From: a virus
Lineage: Duplodnaviria > Caudoviricetes
Direction: 5' to 3' (one strand)
DNA: 64,000 nucleotides
IMG/VR virus record: IMGVR_UViG_3300025387_000009
Shown: one piece after another, positions 43,774-53,973 of the stretch
Layout: each line of letters starts with the position of its first letter
Numbering within the stretch: position 1 is the first letter of the stretch
The notes under the pieces: generated by a model
Seen by the model: the letters and a program-made list of their open reading frames with translations, nothing else
What the model was told of the DNA's origin: nothing
Databases searched by the model: none
Made by a program: the position numbers and the translations under genes

Positions 43774-45807
43774 ATGTCAGCAGATAAATCAGATAATCAA
43801 GCATTTAGCCAGACTAATAATCTAGCATCCGATGCTGGCAGTTTGCAATTAAACTCTTATATTTCCACGAGTCCTAATTCTAGTATTGTTAATGACCAAT
43901 CTATAGCAGGATTGTTTCATAAAAATGGATCTTATTTACAATTTATAGGTGGTGATGGTCTTTTTAATACTAAAGCTGATTTTCATTATAATATAGGTGG
44001 AAATATGACATATTCTGTCATAGGCGATACTCAATTTACAACTCTCGGTCAAAGTCATACTATGGCATCAACTGGCGGTGCTCATATACAAACTGATTTA
44101 AGTCCATCTGCCATAGCTGCTCATGCTGCACACCAACAATCTTTAGATAAAATCCAACAAGCTAAAGCTGATGCTTTTAATGGTGCAACAAAAAAAGTTC
44201 CATGTCCAGTATGTAATCAAAGTATTACTAATGATAGAGCTAGTGCAATTTTAGATAAAATTTTGGGTGGATTGAGCAATATATGGCCCCCTTATATACC
44301 GTTTTCTTATACAACTTTTAGAAAAGTAATTGGTGGATTGGTAATCCCAATGTTGAGTATTTTTACTAATAAGAGTGCAACTAAAAAAGGAACTTGCAAT
44401 CATCCCAACTGTGATGGTAATAATGTAACCGTACCTGATTTTGATTCTGCTACAAAGGCAGCAACTTCTGCTATCCAAGGTGACACGACGATACAAGATA
44501 ACGAGCAAAAAATGGCAAAACAGGATGTTATCGGTGCTCAGCATCATGCCAACTTTGCACTTAAAGCAGGTGTTGTACCTAGTTCAGTTTCGCCTTATGT
44601 AGAAAACGTAAATAACTCAAATTTTCCAACAGCACATGAATGTAATGGTCAGGCTTTAGCAAACGTATCGAATGGAGCACCTAGCAAAATAAATTATTAT
44701 TTAACTCCTGATCATTCACCAGTTGGAAATATTCATTTAGACGCATCTCATAGTGTTGATGTAACATCTGGTGGTAATGGTACGCATTTAATTTCGCAAG
44801 GACCTGTTGAGATAAAGGCAGGTCACGTAGAGGTTACATCAACTCAAGCAAATGTAGATATTTTTGCTAAAGGATTAGCTCAATTAAGAGGTAAACAAGT
44901 TATCATTGATGCAAAGGATAATAGTGGTGATGGTGGCGTTCATATAAACTCTAATCACGTTTTAACAACTGGTCAGCTTAGTGTCAATGGCGATTTATCT
45001 GTTAAAGGTTCCATCATGATGGATGGAACTGTTTATGCTCCAAATTTAGTTACAAAAAGTATGTCAATGCAGAGTGAACCATCTGCTTCAATTCAATCCG
45101 TTGGACATGCGCCATCATGGAATAGTCCACCACCATTTAATGCTAATCAACAAGCAACTACTAGAAATATTTTTTCAGAAGCACTTCATGCAATTAAAGC
45201 AGGATTTGATTTTATAACAGGTGAATTATTAACGGTTACTGGATTATACAATGTTGTAGTCAGAGCAATAAACACCACAAAATTAGCAGTGCCAATAGAC
45301 AATCAAGGTATACCAACTGGATTAGCTTTTACTTATGGTGCTGATATGACACCAGTTCAAGTTGTTGGTGTTGCTATGACAGCATGGGGACCCGCACCAC
45401 TTGAAGCATTTGTTGTACCTACTTTTATTCCTGTTTATAACGGTCCTCACAATCACGATAATATATCTGGTATGCATAGTCACCAATATAGCGGACCGGA
45501 AATAACTCACTGTGACACCACTGCTGGATTCCAAGCACAGAGACCTTCTCCAGCACCGCAGCCGACTCCACCGAGAGGAAACGGCGCAGGTACAAGTCCT
45601 GCTGATTCTGGTTCGCTTCCTATATCACTTTGCTTTGGATTAGGTTTAGGTGGCGGTAGCGGTACTGGCGCAAGAAATGCGGCTTATGGTGTTCAAGGTG
45701 ATGGAGATGGATTCAATGGTAATAACTACGTTGAAGCATATCCTAATTATAACCCAGATGGTTCGCTTAACCCACCGCCAAAATTAAGCCCATTCAGAAA
45801 TTGCTAA
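43774..45807 (+). CDS. Central spike beta-helix protein (gp5 C-terminal part)
   Basis: Short beta-helix-type repeats, CPVC and CNHPNC, HNH...HSH tip motif. Confidence 0.7.
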   Translation: MSADKSDNQAFSQTNNLASDAGSLQLNSYISTSPNSSIVNDQSIAGLFHKNGSYLQFIGGDGLFNTKADFHYNIGGNMTYSVIGDTQFTTLGQSHTMASTGGAHIQTDLSPSAIAAHAAHQQSLDKIQQAKADAFNGATKKVPCPVCNQSITNDRASAILDKILGGLSNIWPPYIPFSYTTFRKVIGGLVIPMLSIFTNKSATKKGTCNHPNCDGNNVTVPDFDSATKAATSAIQGDTTIQDNEQKMAKQDVIGAQHHANFALKAGVVPSSVSPYVENVNNSNFPTAHECNGQALANVSNGAPSKINYYLTPDHSPVGNIHLDASHSVDVTSGGNGTHLISQGPVEIKAGHVEVTSTQANVDIFAKGLAQLRGKQVIIDAKDNSGDGGVHINSNHVLTTGQLSVNGDLSVKGSIMMDGTVYAPNLVTKSMSMQSEPSASIQSVGHAPSWNSPPPFNANQQATTRNIFSEALHAIKAGFDFITGELLTVTGLYNVVVRAINTTKLAVPIDNQGIPTGLAFTYGADMTPVQVVGVAMTAWGPAPLEAFVVPTFIPVYNGPHNHDNISGMHSHQYSGPEITHCDTTAGFQAQRPSPAPQPTPPRGNGAGTSPADSGSLPISLCFGLGLGGGSGTGARNAAYGVQGDGDGFNGNNYVEAYPNYNPDGSLNPPPKLSPFRNC

Positions 45808-46838
45808 CCATTTATAGCAGTCTTAATTTGAGACAATTTAGTAGCTGAAGTAGCTTTATTAAGTGTATCGTAGCTTGTTAAAGCATTAGCCCCAAAATTA
45901 TCAATCTGTTCACTAATAATAGTTTGAGCAAGATTTGGATCTTGAACATGCGAAAGAAGTAAAGTGTAATCGGGAATGGGGGACATAACCATTCTTGCCA
46001 TTGCATTATTTGTAGGTTTAATCATCGGTATAACTTGAATAGTTGAACCAGAAGTTATATAGCCTATTCCATTTGGATTTACATTACCAGCAGGTAAAAG
46101 TGCATTTAAAACCGACTGTGCTGAATCTAAATGATATTTTAAATAAACAGTAGATTGCGAAACATTAGATGCCATATGATCTAATTGAACATAGAATAAA
46201 GGTGGCATATTTGTTTGAACTAAAGTCGCTCTCCAGCCATTACCGGATTTAACATCATTTGAAACTTCAGTGGGATATACAAGTTTTATATATTCGATAA
46301 ATGCATTTGCATAAATATCTTGTTGATTTTGTAAATAATTTGCATAAAAAGCTGCAATTGATTCTTCAGTTATTGGCTCCATTAATCCCGTAGGATTAGG
46401 TGGAACATAATAACCATAAAGATTTATATCTCCATTGCCAACTGTCGTTTGCACTGGCTGATTTTGACGAGATAAAATTGGTACATCATCAGGACCACAA
46501 ACATAGGAGTCAATAACTTTTACACCACCTGCTTTTTTAACCTCAAGCTGAGTTATAATTTTCGGTAAAAATTCCGTAAAACAAGCAGATAAAATCGCAC
46601 CATCAGAAAACCTAGGATCACCACAAGCAGTTAATACGGAGAAATTAACATGAGGTGTCCAATCGTAAGAAGGTGGTGTTACTAATACTGGATCTACATT
46701 TGGATTGGTTGCAAAATTAACAAGATCGCACAAAAACGGCAATATATTATATGCAGAACCCATTGCAGCCAACGTAGAACCCGTTGGATATAACGAGGAA
46801 TCAAATAAAGGTGCGCATGTCGTATCTATATTATTCAT
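45804..46838 (-). CDS. Hypothetical protein
   Basis: Long ORF convergent with the spike gene; start 46838 or 46847. Confidence 0.75.
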   Translation of the reverse strand: MNNIDTTCAPLFDSSLYPTGSTLAAMGSAYNILPFLCDLVNFATNPNVDPVLVTPPSYDWTPHVNFSVLTACGDPRFSDGAILSACFTEFLPKIITQLEVKKAGGVKVIDSYVCGPDDVPILSRQNQPVQTTVGNGDINLYGYYVPPNPTGLMEPITEESIAAFYANYLQNQQDIYANAFIEYIKLVYPTEVSNDVKSGNGWRATLVQTNMPPLFYVQLDHMASNVSQSTVYLKYHLDSAQSVLNALLPAGNVNPNGIGYITSGSTIQVIPMIKPTNNAMARMVMSPIPDYTLLLSHVQDPNLAQTIISEQIDNFGANALTSYDTLNKATSATKLSQIKTAING

Positions 46839-47226
46839 CGTCTGCATCTAAAAAATTTTCGTGTTGCTGTTTAAGGAAAATTGTTTTTAAAAATTCCATA
46901 ATCGCATCACGATCTCTTGCGTTTTTAAAATTTTGTAAAATGATTCTATCACCATTTACATTGTATCCAAACATTAAAAAAGTATCCAAATATTCGGATA
47001 CTATACCTTTAAGAATACCTAAATCCCTCATTGAGATTTGGTTTTCTTTTCGGTTTTCCTTCATCCATTTATCAATACTTTTCTGAAGTTCTACGTTAGA
47101 AATAGCATCAAATACCTTTCGGGTTAACTCTTCTTGTGAATCGTTTCTTTCGATTTTTATATTATTAGTTAGGCTTTCCACCGAAGAAAGCGAAGGTGTA
47201 TTTGTTTTCTTTTTTCGGGGAGCCAT
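46831..47226 (-). CDS. Conserved hypothetical protein
   Basis: ORF track; co-oriented cluster. Confidence 0.75.
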   Translation of the reverse strand: MAPRKKKTNTPSLSSVESLTNNIKIERNDSQEELTRKVFDAISNVELQKSIDKWMKENRKENQISMRDLGILKGIVSEYLDTFLMFGYNVNGDRIILQNFKNARDRDAIMEFLKTIFLKQQHENFLDADDE

Positions 47227-47231
47227 AATAT

Positions 47232-47552
47232 TTACTTTCGATAAGATTCTGCTTTATTATTGATATTAAACTTAACAAGATATTCAATCAAAACCTCAAT
47301 TGAACTGGTTTTAATTTTAAAATGTTCTGGAATATACTGACCTCCATCATGCATTTCAAAATATTCTTCTCCTAAATAATTATGATTATTAAAACAAGTA
47401 ATCATTACCGATGATACTTTGGGGTCAACAACTACAGTCCACGATCTTGGATCGCTGTCTGAATAATCAGTGAATACTTTATCAGTTACATAACCGCTAT
47501 CACGAAGACGCTTAATGAAGTAACTACATGTTGTTAGTTTATTTTTAGCCAT
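47232..47552 (-). CDS. Conserved hypothetical protein
   Basis: ORF track; TAAATA 5 nt upstream. Confidence 0.75.
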   Translation of the reverse strand: MAKNKLTTCSYFIKRLRDSGYVTDKVFTDYSDSDPRSWTVVVDPKVSSVMITCFNNHNYLGEEYFEMHDGGQYIPEHFKIKTSSIEVLIEYLVKFNINNKAESYRK

Positions 47553-47573
47553 AATATTATTTATTTGTTTATT

Positions 47574-48338
47574 CTATTTAACAAGAGCAGAAACGATATA
47601 TTTAAGTTGAACGTTATCGTCTTCCTTAGTATTAAAGACAAAAACTTTCATTTTATCGTTGTTTTTAACCTTAACTTTTACAGGATATTTGCTACTAACC
47701 AAGCTCTTAAATACTTCAATCTTTATTGATATGTGATCCATCTCATTGCCTTCATATTCATTGGCAATTAACAATGAAACGTTATCAACATTCTGCATGG
47801 TTTTATCATCAATCTCAGCATAAACTTTGCCGTTGTTGGTGTAAAAATAAATCTTTGTAACGTCAGATACAAAAGAATATGCTGACATGATTTGTCTAAT
47901 CTTAGCTAATGATATTTCAAACTCTGTATCAAATTGAAGCGCAGCTATATTTTCAATTTTAACAGGTGCTTCCTTAATGATACCATCGTCTACCAAATGA
48001 TATTTGAAATGAGTATTTTCGCCAGTTTCTTCGTTTTTTGACTGACACTTAATATTATTTGGGAGAATTTTTAATGAAAATTCTCCATCATCACCTAAAC
48101 ACTCTAAACCAGTAAGAAGTTTTTTAATATTAATTATATTCAATTTGCTATCATCAATTTCCATTGGGAGCTTGCAATTAGCATAAAGAATAACACTGTT
48201 ATCCTGTGATGTACAAATTGAATCTAAAACATCACCTCTAGTTTTTAGCACACAGCTTTCGGTAAGCCTATTGATAGGCTTTAAAAGCTTTTCTAAAGAT
48301 GTTTTAGGTAGAGGTAAAAATTTTCCGTTATCACTCAT
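47574..48338 (-). CDS. gp45: Sliding clamp (gp45-like)
   Basis: 254 aa, two-domain alpha/beta pattern, ends YIVSALVK; lies in the replication module. Confidence 0.62.
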   Translation of the reverse strand: MSDNGKFLPLPKTSLEKLLKPINRLTESCVLKTRGDVLDSICTSQDNSVILYANCKLPMEIDDSKLNIINIKKLLTGLECLGDDGEFSLKILPNNIKCQSKNEETGENTHFKYHLVDDGIIKEAPVKIENIAALQFDTEFEISLAKIRQIMSAYSFVSDVTKIYFYTNNGKVYAEIDDKTMQNVDNVSLLIANEYEGNEMDHISIKIEVFKSLVSSKYPVKVKVKNNDKMKVFVFNTKEDDNVQLKYIVSALVK

Positions 48339-48759
48339 GTTGATTCAATGTTGTTTGAATCAATTCTAACAGAGTTTGAAGCGTATTACCAATCTTTTCT
48401 ACCTTATCTTCAATATTTTTTAAAGACTCAGATGCTACGGCAGGTGATACCTGTGCAGGAGGCGTTGGCATTGGGATTAACTCTGGTGCAGGTGCGACGA
48501 AAGACCTAGGCTCTGGTACAGCCATTGCCTCACGCATTGCATCTTCCATCGCCTTCTGTTGAAGGCGATCTACTGGTGCAGGTTGATTAAACCTTACGTT
48601 TTGACCTTTTGCCTTGGCGACAAAGGCGTTGATATCAATTCGATTTGCTGGCATTCCGCCATTATCAGATCTTAAAGAATCAACAACCCTTAGTTGCCCA
48701 CCAACCATCGCCGCAAGTTTAGCAGCTTCTAATGCTTCTTCCTGTTGCTGGCGATTCAT
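48331..48759 (-). CDS. Hypothetical protein
   Basis: ORF track; P/A-rich linker. Confidence 0.7.
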   Translation of the reverse strand: MNRQQQEEALEAAKLAAMVGGQLRVVDSLRSDNGGMPANRIDINAFVAKAKGQNVRFNQPAPVDRLQQKAMEDAMREAMAVPEPRSFVAPAPELIPMPTPPAQVSPAVASESLKNIEDKVEKIGNTLQTLLELIQTTLNQHE

Positions 48760-48764
48760 CTATT

Positions 48765-49613
48765 TTAGAGATCCTTGAGAATATCTTGCATCTTCTTGTC
48801 GTGATCGGACAAGGTGGACGGTTCAACCGACTTAACAGGAGTTACAACCTCGTCTGAATTGTCGTCATCATCGATATCATCGACAGTTGTTGCTGATTCA
48901 TCCTTACCAAAGAAATGAACATCAAGAAGTTTCTTAATATCATCATATGACTTGGCTTGGAAGATTGTATCAAGAGCCTTGAACTTACCATAAACTTCAT
49001 CGAGATCATCAAGACCTTCAATCTCGCTAGGAGAAACAAACTTAGAAGCAACATAGGTTGGATAGCCACCATCATTCTTCTCAACCTTAATCCTTAGATT
49101 GCAACCAGAAGGAGAAAGATTAAAGATCTTGTGAGCACCAAACTCCTCTGCATCATCACCATCAATTGCATTCTGGATAATCTTGTGCAGTTGAGTACCT
49201 GCATTGATAATCTTAACCTGCCCCTGATTATCAGGATTGGTAGGATCTTTGATAACGTAGGCGCAATAGAGCCACTTTTCGGTTCTCTTGAGGGGGCGAG
49301 ACTGTTCAATAAGAACTTCATTCTTTGCGTTATAAGCCTTGCTACGATATTCATCAATTGGGCATTTCTCACCATATGTATGAGGGCAAAGAACACTAAT
49401 GAACTTGCCGTTGACGTTTGACTTAAAAACGTGCTGGTAATAGTGGAAACGAGTCAGCTTCGTATTCTCAAGATTTGGGATGAGACGAACAAGATAAGTC
49501 TTGTCTGGCTCCATCTTCAAGAAATCCTTGAAGCTGTTTTCTGATGCAGTGTCCTTCGTGGAAAGGGCATCCTTGAGTGAATCGAATAGGTTTGAGTTGT
49601 ATTTAGTTGTCAT
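48765..49613 (-). CDS. gp32: Single-stranded DNA-binding protein
   Basis: VRLIP, CPHTYGEKCPI, YVIKDPTNPDNQGQV, GCNLRIKV...GYPTYVASKF, acidic tail. Confidence 0.92.
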   Translation of the reverse strand: MTTKYNSNLFDSLKDALSTKDTASENSFKDFLKMEPDKTYLVRLIPNLENTKLTRFHYYQHVFKSNVNGKFISVLCPHTYGEKCPIDEYRSKAYNAKNEVLIEQSRPLKRTEKWLYCAYVIKDPTNPDNQGQVKIINAGTQLHKIIQNAIDGDDAEEFGAHKIFNLSPSGCNLRIKVEKNDGGYPTYVASKFVSPSEIEGLDDLDEVYGKFKALDTIFQAKSYDDIKKLLDVHFFGKDESATTVDDIDDDDNSDEVVTPVKSVEPSTLSDHDKKMQDILKDL

Positions 49614-49623
49614 AATGTTCTCT

Positions 49624-50292
49624 TTATACTAACAGGATTTTGCTGGATTGCAAGTTGTTTTTTATAAAAATCTTAATTTTGTTTGTCGCTTCCTTTACAA
49701 GAGTCTTCGTTTCATTTGAAGAATTGTATCTGTTTTTATATGCTACAAAATTCTCATTAAGATTTTTTGCAAAAAGTTCTACTTCGTCCTTGGGTAAATT
49801 TGAAAGACATTCGTGAAGGTTGCCCAATTCCATCAAGCTATATGGACTAATACGATGCTCTCTATAATGGTTTAACCATGAAAGCATGTATCCAGTTTTA
49901 TGCGTTAAGTATTTTTCCAATAGAATATTGTTTTCAAGACAAAACATTCCAATAAACCTAAAACTTTCTTTAATGTGATCGAATTGCTTTTCTGGATTTT
50001 CTTCTTCTTGTTTCTTTTTAAAAAGCGTATAATTTTTAGTAGCAGCAAGAGTTGTAAAAAAAGAAAGAGATGGATATTTTTCTTCGGGATGCATCTCATT
50101 AGGAGCCTTAAAATAATCTTCCATTTTTATATGGGGATAACGAGAGAGGAAAATAAAAATCTTTTTGATGGAAACGATAGTGTTTTCATCTAAATCAGAA
50201 AAATCTTTTCTAGGTGTATAGGGTTGTCCTTTCCTAGAATTTTTTAAATAACAATTGTATATGGATTTTTCTTTATCTGATAAATTAGGCAT
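49624..50292 (-). CDS. Putative helicase loader (gp59-like)
   Basis: 222 aa, directly upstream of gp32 as in T4; sequence match not verified. Confidence 0.45.
   Translation of the reverse strand: MPNLSDKEKSIYNCYLKNSRKGQPYTPRKDFSDLDENTIVSIKKIFIFLSRYPHIKMEDYFKAPNEMHPEEKYPSLSFFTTLAATKNYTLFKKKQEEENPEKQFDHIKESFRFIGMFCLENNILLEKYLTHKTGYMLSWLNHYREHRISPYSLMELGNLHECLSNLPKDEVELFAKNLNENFVAYKNRYNSSNETKTLVKEATNKIKIFIKNNLQSSKILLV
49626..49653 (-). promoter_or_regulatory. Sigma70-like promoter for gp32
   Basis: Minus strand TTGCAA, 16 nt, TAGTAT, 12 nt, ATG 49613. Confidence 0.5.
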
Positions 50293-50587
50293 TTTTCTTA
50301 CGGTTTAATTTGGATCTGAATATCTTTTTATAGACATTGGGTGTAGATCCAAGATACGTCTTTATTATATTTTGTAAAGAATATTCTCCGAGTAATGCAA
50401 AATAAATTTTTTGTGTTTTCTTATCGTCCACCAAAAATTTTAAAAAATTGAGATAGTTCATTTTTTTACCTTTGGCAATACAAACAAAAGAACCAAATTT
50501 TAAAGTGATATCTTCAAATTCTTCAACGTTTAATGCATCGTATGGATTGCTTAAATTATCAAATTGTTGTGATGATGTTATAATCAT
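50285..50587 (-). CDS. Hypothetical protein (T4 gp33 syntenic position)
   Basis: 100 aa; TAAGTA 6 nt upstream; positional inference only. Confidence 0.55.
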   Translation of the reverse strand: MIITSSQQFDNLSNPYDALNVEEFEDITLKFGSFVCIAKGKKMNYLNFLKFLVDDKKTQKIYFALLGEYSLQNIIKTYLGSTPNVYKKIFRSKLNRKKNA

Positions 50588-50610
50588 TAAGTTTACTTAC
50601 ATGTAAACCT

Positions 50611-52008
50611 TTAATTGTCACTATCATCTGAGTAATTTTCTGCACTATTTAAAATATCAGTTATACTTGGGTTAGAATCATTAGATAAATTCTTCGGAGC
50701 AGATCCTTTAAGCGTATAATTAAATACAACATCATCAAGCTCAGAAATTGATAGCGTTGGATAATCAATTTTTAGCTGGGTATGGATTCCTCTGCTACCA
50801 AAACGATTTTTAGCAATACCCAAATGAATAATACCAAGTTCAAAATCCTGTTCATCAACCCAAATTGGAAACTGTGCATCGGCGGTATGAGCAAGACCCA
50901 TAGATTCACTAGTTGTTTCTAGGTCTGGCATTTCATTTTTATACCCAGAACGATTGGTTTGAGTTGCTGTTATGATTGGGCATTCAAATTTATACGTCAA
51001 AGCTCTAACGTATTCTGTAATTTCCTTGATTGATTCGTATGAATTTTTATTAGCATGGGGCGGAGCAATAAGATTCAAATAATCCAAAATGATTACGTCA
51101 GGTTTAACACCTTTTCTGATAAGTTTTTCAATATAAGTCTTAATACCAAGAACAGTAACACCCTTTGTTGGGAATTCTTTAATGATAAGTTTACTTTCGC
51201 TGTTTTTAACCTTATATTGATGAAGTTTTGACTTAAGAGGATCAATTTGCAATTTAAGATCATTAGATGGAATCTTAGATAGACATGCACTAATTCTTTT
51301 TGCGTAAACGTGTTCAGGCATTTCCAAAGAAATCAAAACAACTGTTTTATTCTGATTAAGAATATTGGTTGCCATATTACCCAAAAATATAGATTTACCC
51401 ACGTTTGTTGATCCGTAGAATACATATAATGCTCTACCATCTTTGAGAAAGCCACCACCAAGGTTTTTATCAAGCCACTTCCAACCCGTAGAAATTTTCT
51501 CTTCGGTTTTTAAAAGTTCATCAGCATGTTCATCAATACTTTCCAAATAATCTAATCCAAGATTATCAACCAAGGAAAGATTACACGCTTCTTCAAATTT
51601 TTTAAGCAGAATTGAACTATCAATCTCACCACTCTGAACGTCTACGGACGTATTAAAATAAGTGTTTAATATAGCTTTTTGCTTTAACCATCTTTCGGTA
51701 TTTTTAAGCAAAACTTCTTTATCATATTGCTTATCAAGATTGTTGAAAGAAAGTATAACTCTCTTAAGAGCCTGTTTATCATCTTCAGATGGTAAATGTG
51801 CTTTAATTTCTGTTACATTTGGAATCTTTTGAAACTCTTGATAATAAGAATTTACAGTATTAAAGATAGTTTTAATATCCTTATCTTTAAAGTAAGCAGG
51901 TTTTACATGCTCAATTATAGTCTCAAGATATGACTCATCAAAGATCGAGTTATACATAACGATCTTTTCATATTCATCAAGATCTAAAGGGATTGATTTA
52001 TCTGACAT
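50611..52008 (-). CDS. gp41: Replicative DnaB-like helicase
   Basis: GSTNVGKS, ISLEM, LIIKEFP, IILDYLNL, TATQTNRSG, SESMGL, KNRFG; start moved to ATG 52008. Confidence 0.95.
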   Translation of the reverse strand: MSDKSIPLDLDEYEKIVMYNSIFDESYLETIIEHVKPAYFKDKDIKTIFNTVNSYYQEFQKIPNVTEIKAHLPSEDDKQALKRVILSFNNLDKQYDKEVLLKNTERWLKQKAILNTYFNTSVDVQSGEIDSSILLKKFEEACNLSLVDNLGLDYLESIDEHADELLKTEEKISTGWKWLDKNLGGGFLKDGRALYVFYGSTNVGKSIFLGNMATNILNQNKTVVLISLEMPEHVYAKRISACLSKIPSNDLKLQIDPLKSKLHQYKVKNSESKLIIKEFPTKGVTVLGIKTYIEKLIRKGVKPDVIILDYLNLIAPPHANKNSYESIKEITEYVRALTYKFECPIITATQTNRSGYKNEMPDLETTSESMGLAHTADAQFPIWVDEQDFELGIIHLGIAKNRFGSRGIHTQLKIDYPTLSISELDDVVFNYTLKGSAPKNLSNDSNPSITDILNSAENYSDDSDN

Positions 52009-52014
52009 CAAACC

Positions 52015-52045
52015 ATTATAGGTTGCTTCTTATATAAAAGCAACC
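52015..52045 (-). promoter_or_regulatory. Leaderless sigma70 promoter with overlapping inverted repeat
   Basis: Minus strand TTGCTT, 17 nt, TATAAT, 6 nt, ATG 52008; GGTTGCTT-N9-AAGCAACC at 52021-52045. Confidence 0.75.
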
Positions 52046-52051
52046 CATAAA

Positions 52052-52351
52052 TTACTTATTTCCCCAAATAGTACCACCAAAAAGATTTCCAATGCCCTTA
52101 GTAACTTTATTAGTTTCGGTTGAGGGTCTTTTTGTAAAAGCATTTGGTATATTATGTGGATCTTGTGTCCGATCAAATGCAACAGGTGCTGGCTGCGGAG
52201 CAGGTTCAGGAATCGAAGGGGGCGTAGCTACGGAAGTTTCTATTGCTTGCTCAACTTCTTTTGCTTCATTCTCAACCAAATTATACTTTTCCTTAAAAAA
52301 AGATAAAAGTTCTTCTTCCTTACCACTCAAAAGTTCAAATAACGTTGTCAT
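52052..52351 (-). CDS. Hypothetical late protein
   Basis: TAAATA 6 nt upstream; Pro-rich. Confidence 0.65.
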   Translation of the reverse strand: MTTLFELLSGKEEELLSFFKEKYNLVENEAKEVEQAIETSVATPPSIPEPAPQPAPVAFDRTQDPHNIPNAFTKRPSTETNKVTKGIGNLFGGTIWGNK

Positions 52352-52360
52352 ATTGATTAT

Positions 52361-53464
52361 TTAGACACCTTCATTCTTAAAAGCAAGAGCACTCTGGAGC
52401 TTTTTCTCCAACTCTGGAAGGATCTTAAGCCAAACATCCTCATTATCTTTCCAATCCTTGAAGAAACCAAGCGTTTCACCGTTAAAAACGTATCTATGAC
52501 CTGCTTTTTCAAGCACACCATAGCCTTCTGCCATTTCAAGAAGACCAGAATACTTGTTCAAACCAGTTCTAAAGTTCAAATACATTTCAATTTCAAGAAA
52601 TGGCGTAACAAAACGATTTTTTGTTGTCAATGCTCTTAATGTTAAGCCGTTAATACCCTTTGAAAGAAGAGTAGTTTCGGTATTTGAATCTTTATTCTTA
52701 CTATCTTCTGCTCTTTCTGCCTTCTTTGCCATCTGAACGATTACAGAAGCCATGTAAAGAGGTCCTGAGCCACCAGCTTGCTTCTTAATTGCTGTTGGAT
52801 GAAGCTGAGATGGGTCATCATAGATATGATTAGTAAAAACAACAGGGCAATTTGCCTTTGCTGCTGAATGTGTAATTGCTCTCATCATTGATTTAAGAGC
52901 CTTTGCACGATTACCCATATCAGGCGTATCAGAACCTTCTTGAATCTTCTTTTTTTCCTGTGCAGTGATCAAATTACCCAGTGAATCAATTGCGAGAAGA
53001 ACCTTTCCTTGCAATCCCTTCTCAATAACAATATCAAGAAACTTTACAATTTGATTTCTACAATCTTCGGTAACTTCACTAGGAACATGTTTGATCTTTG
53101 ATGTATCGCAACCAAGTCTCTTGGCGGTGTTTTCATCCAATGCACCTTCGGTATCAAAATATGCAATGTGCATACCCTTTTTATTTTGTGCATTAGCCAT
53201 AATCTTGTTAACCATTAAGGTTTTGCCGCATGATTCAGGTCCTACAAATCCAGTAAGTCTACCCATTGGGATTCCCCCATAAAGAGAACCCGATATAATC
53301 GCATTTAGTGCATACGATCCAGTATCAATCCAATCATTTACACTAGATAGACTGTTATCATCAAGAAAAGCAGCTTCTGGATTTAGATCTGATAATACAT
53401 TAAATGCATCTTCGATGCTTCCAACATTAACTTCTTCTGTTTCTTCGTTTTTCTTTTTAGCCAT
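52361..53464 (-). CDS. uvsX: RecA-like recombinase
   Basis: IDTGSYALN, GPESCGKT, FDTEGA, AIDSLG, FTNHIY, KNRF. Confidence 0.95.
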   Translation of the reverse strand: MAKKKNEETEEVNVGSIEDAFNVLSDLNPEAAFLDDNSLSSVNDWIDTGSYALNAIISGSLYGGIPMGRLTGFVGPESCGKTLMVNKIMANAQNKKGMHIAYFDTEGALDENTAKRLGCDTSKIKHVPSEVTEDCRNQIVKFLDIVIEKGLQGKVLLAIDSLGNLITAQEKKKIQEGSDTPDMGNRAKALKSMMRAITHSAAKANCPVVFTNHIYDDPSQLHPTAIKKQAGGSGPLYMASVIVQMAKKAERAEDSKNKDSNTETTLLSKGINGLTLRALTTKNRFVTPFLEIEMYLNFRTGLNKYSGLLEMAEGYGVLEKAGHRYVFNGETLGFFKDWKDNEDVWLKILPELEKKLQSALAFKNEGV

Positions 53465-53471
53465 ATGATAT

Positions 53472-53499
53472 ATAATAACAAAAAATCCCAGAAAGTCAA
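53472..53499 (-). promoter_or_regulatory. Sigma70 promoter for uvsX, leaderless geometry
   Basis: Minus strand TTGACT, 16 nt, TATTAT, 7 nt, ATG 53464. Confidence 0.7.
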
Positions 53500-53517
53500 A
53501 GACAATCTGGGATTTTT
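53481..53517 (-). terminator. Rho-independent terminator overlapping the uvsX -35
   Basis: 12-bp stem AAAAATCCCAGA / TCTGGGATTTTT followed by a T-run on the minus strand. Confidence 0.8.
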
Positions 53518-53540
53518 AGCGAGTTATTTTTTATCGCAGT

Positions 53541-53921
53541 TTACTCGTCAAATAAATTGATTACGCTTTGATTTGTTCCACCAGTTGGAGCCTGTGCTGG
53601 GGCAGCAAACGTATTGGTCTTATTAAACATCTGGGCATATTGAGCCTGAAGTCTAAAGTCGAGAGCATCGATATCGGTTGTGCTAACACGATTGACATCG
53701 TAGTTTACCGTTACGTCACCCGTCTTGTCTCCGAGGAATTCTCTGAAGAAAAGCGGAAGAAGCTGAACTGACATCTTACCCTGATTATCAGCAGGAATGA
53801 CATGGAGAACAACTGGATTCTTAATTGAGATCTTAGTTGTGTCGGTTGATGTTACAGTCTCACCAAGAATGGTGCGACCTACGGAATCTAATATTACGGT
53901 TAGTGATGTTGTATTTGACAT
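53541..53921 (-). CDS. Conserved hypothetical protein (beta-rich, possibly Sm-like)
   Basis: RTILGETV...ISIKNPVVL...VQLLP pattern; ends NLFDE; terminator follows. Confidence 0.7.
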   Translation of the reverse strand: MSNTTSLTVILDSVGRTILGETVTSTDTTKISIKNPVVLHVIPADNQGKMSVQLLPLFFREFLGDKTGDVTVNYDVNRVSTTDIDALDFRLQAQYAQMFNKTNTFAAPAQAPTGGTNQSVINLFDE

Positions 53922-53973
53922 ATAATAAATTTAACACATTTTTTAAGTATTGCAAGTAGATAAATATAAGATA

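Noticed and set aside
49613-49660. T4-type gp32 autoregulatory pseudoknot leader
   Set aside because: Only 10 nt separate gp32 from the upstream gene and the candidate promoter leaves a leader of a few bases; no such structure is visible.
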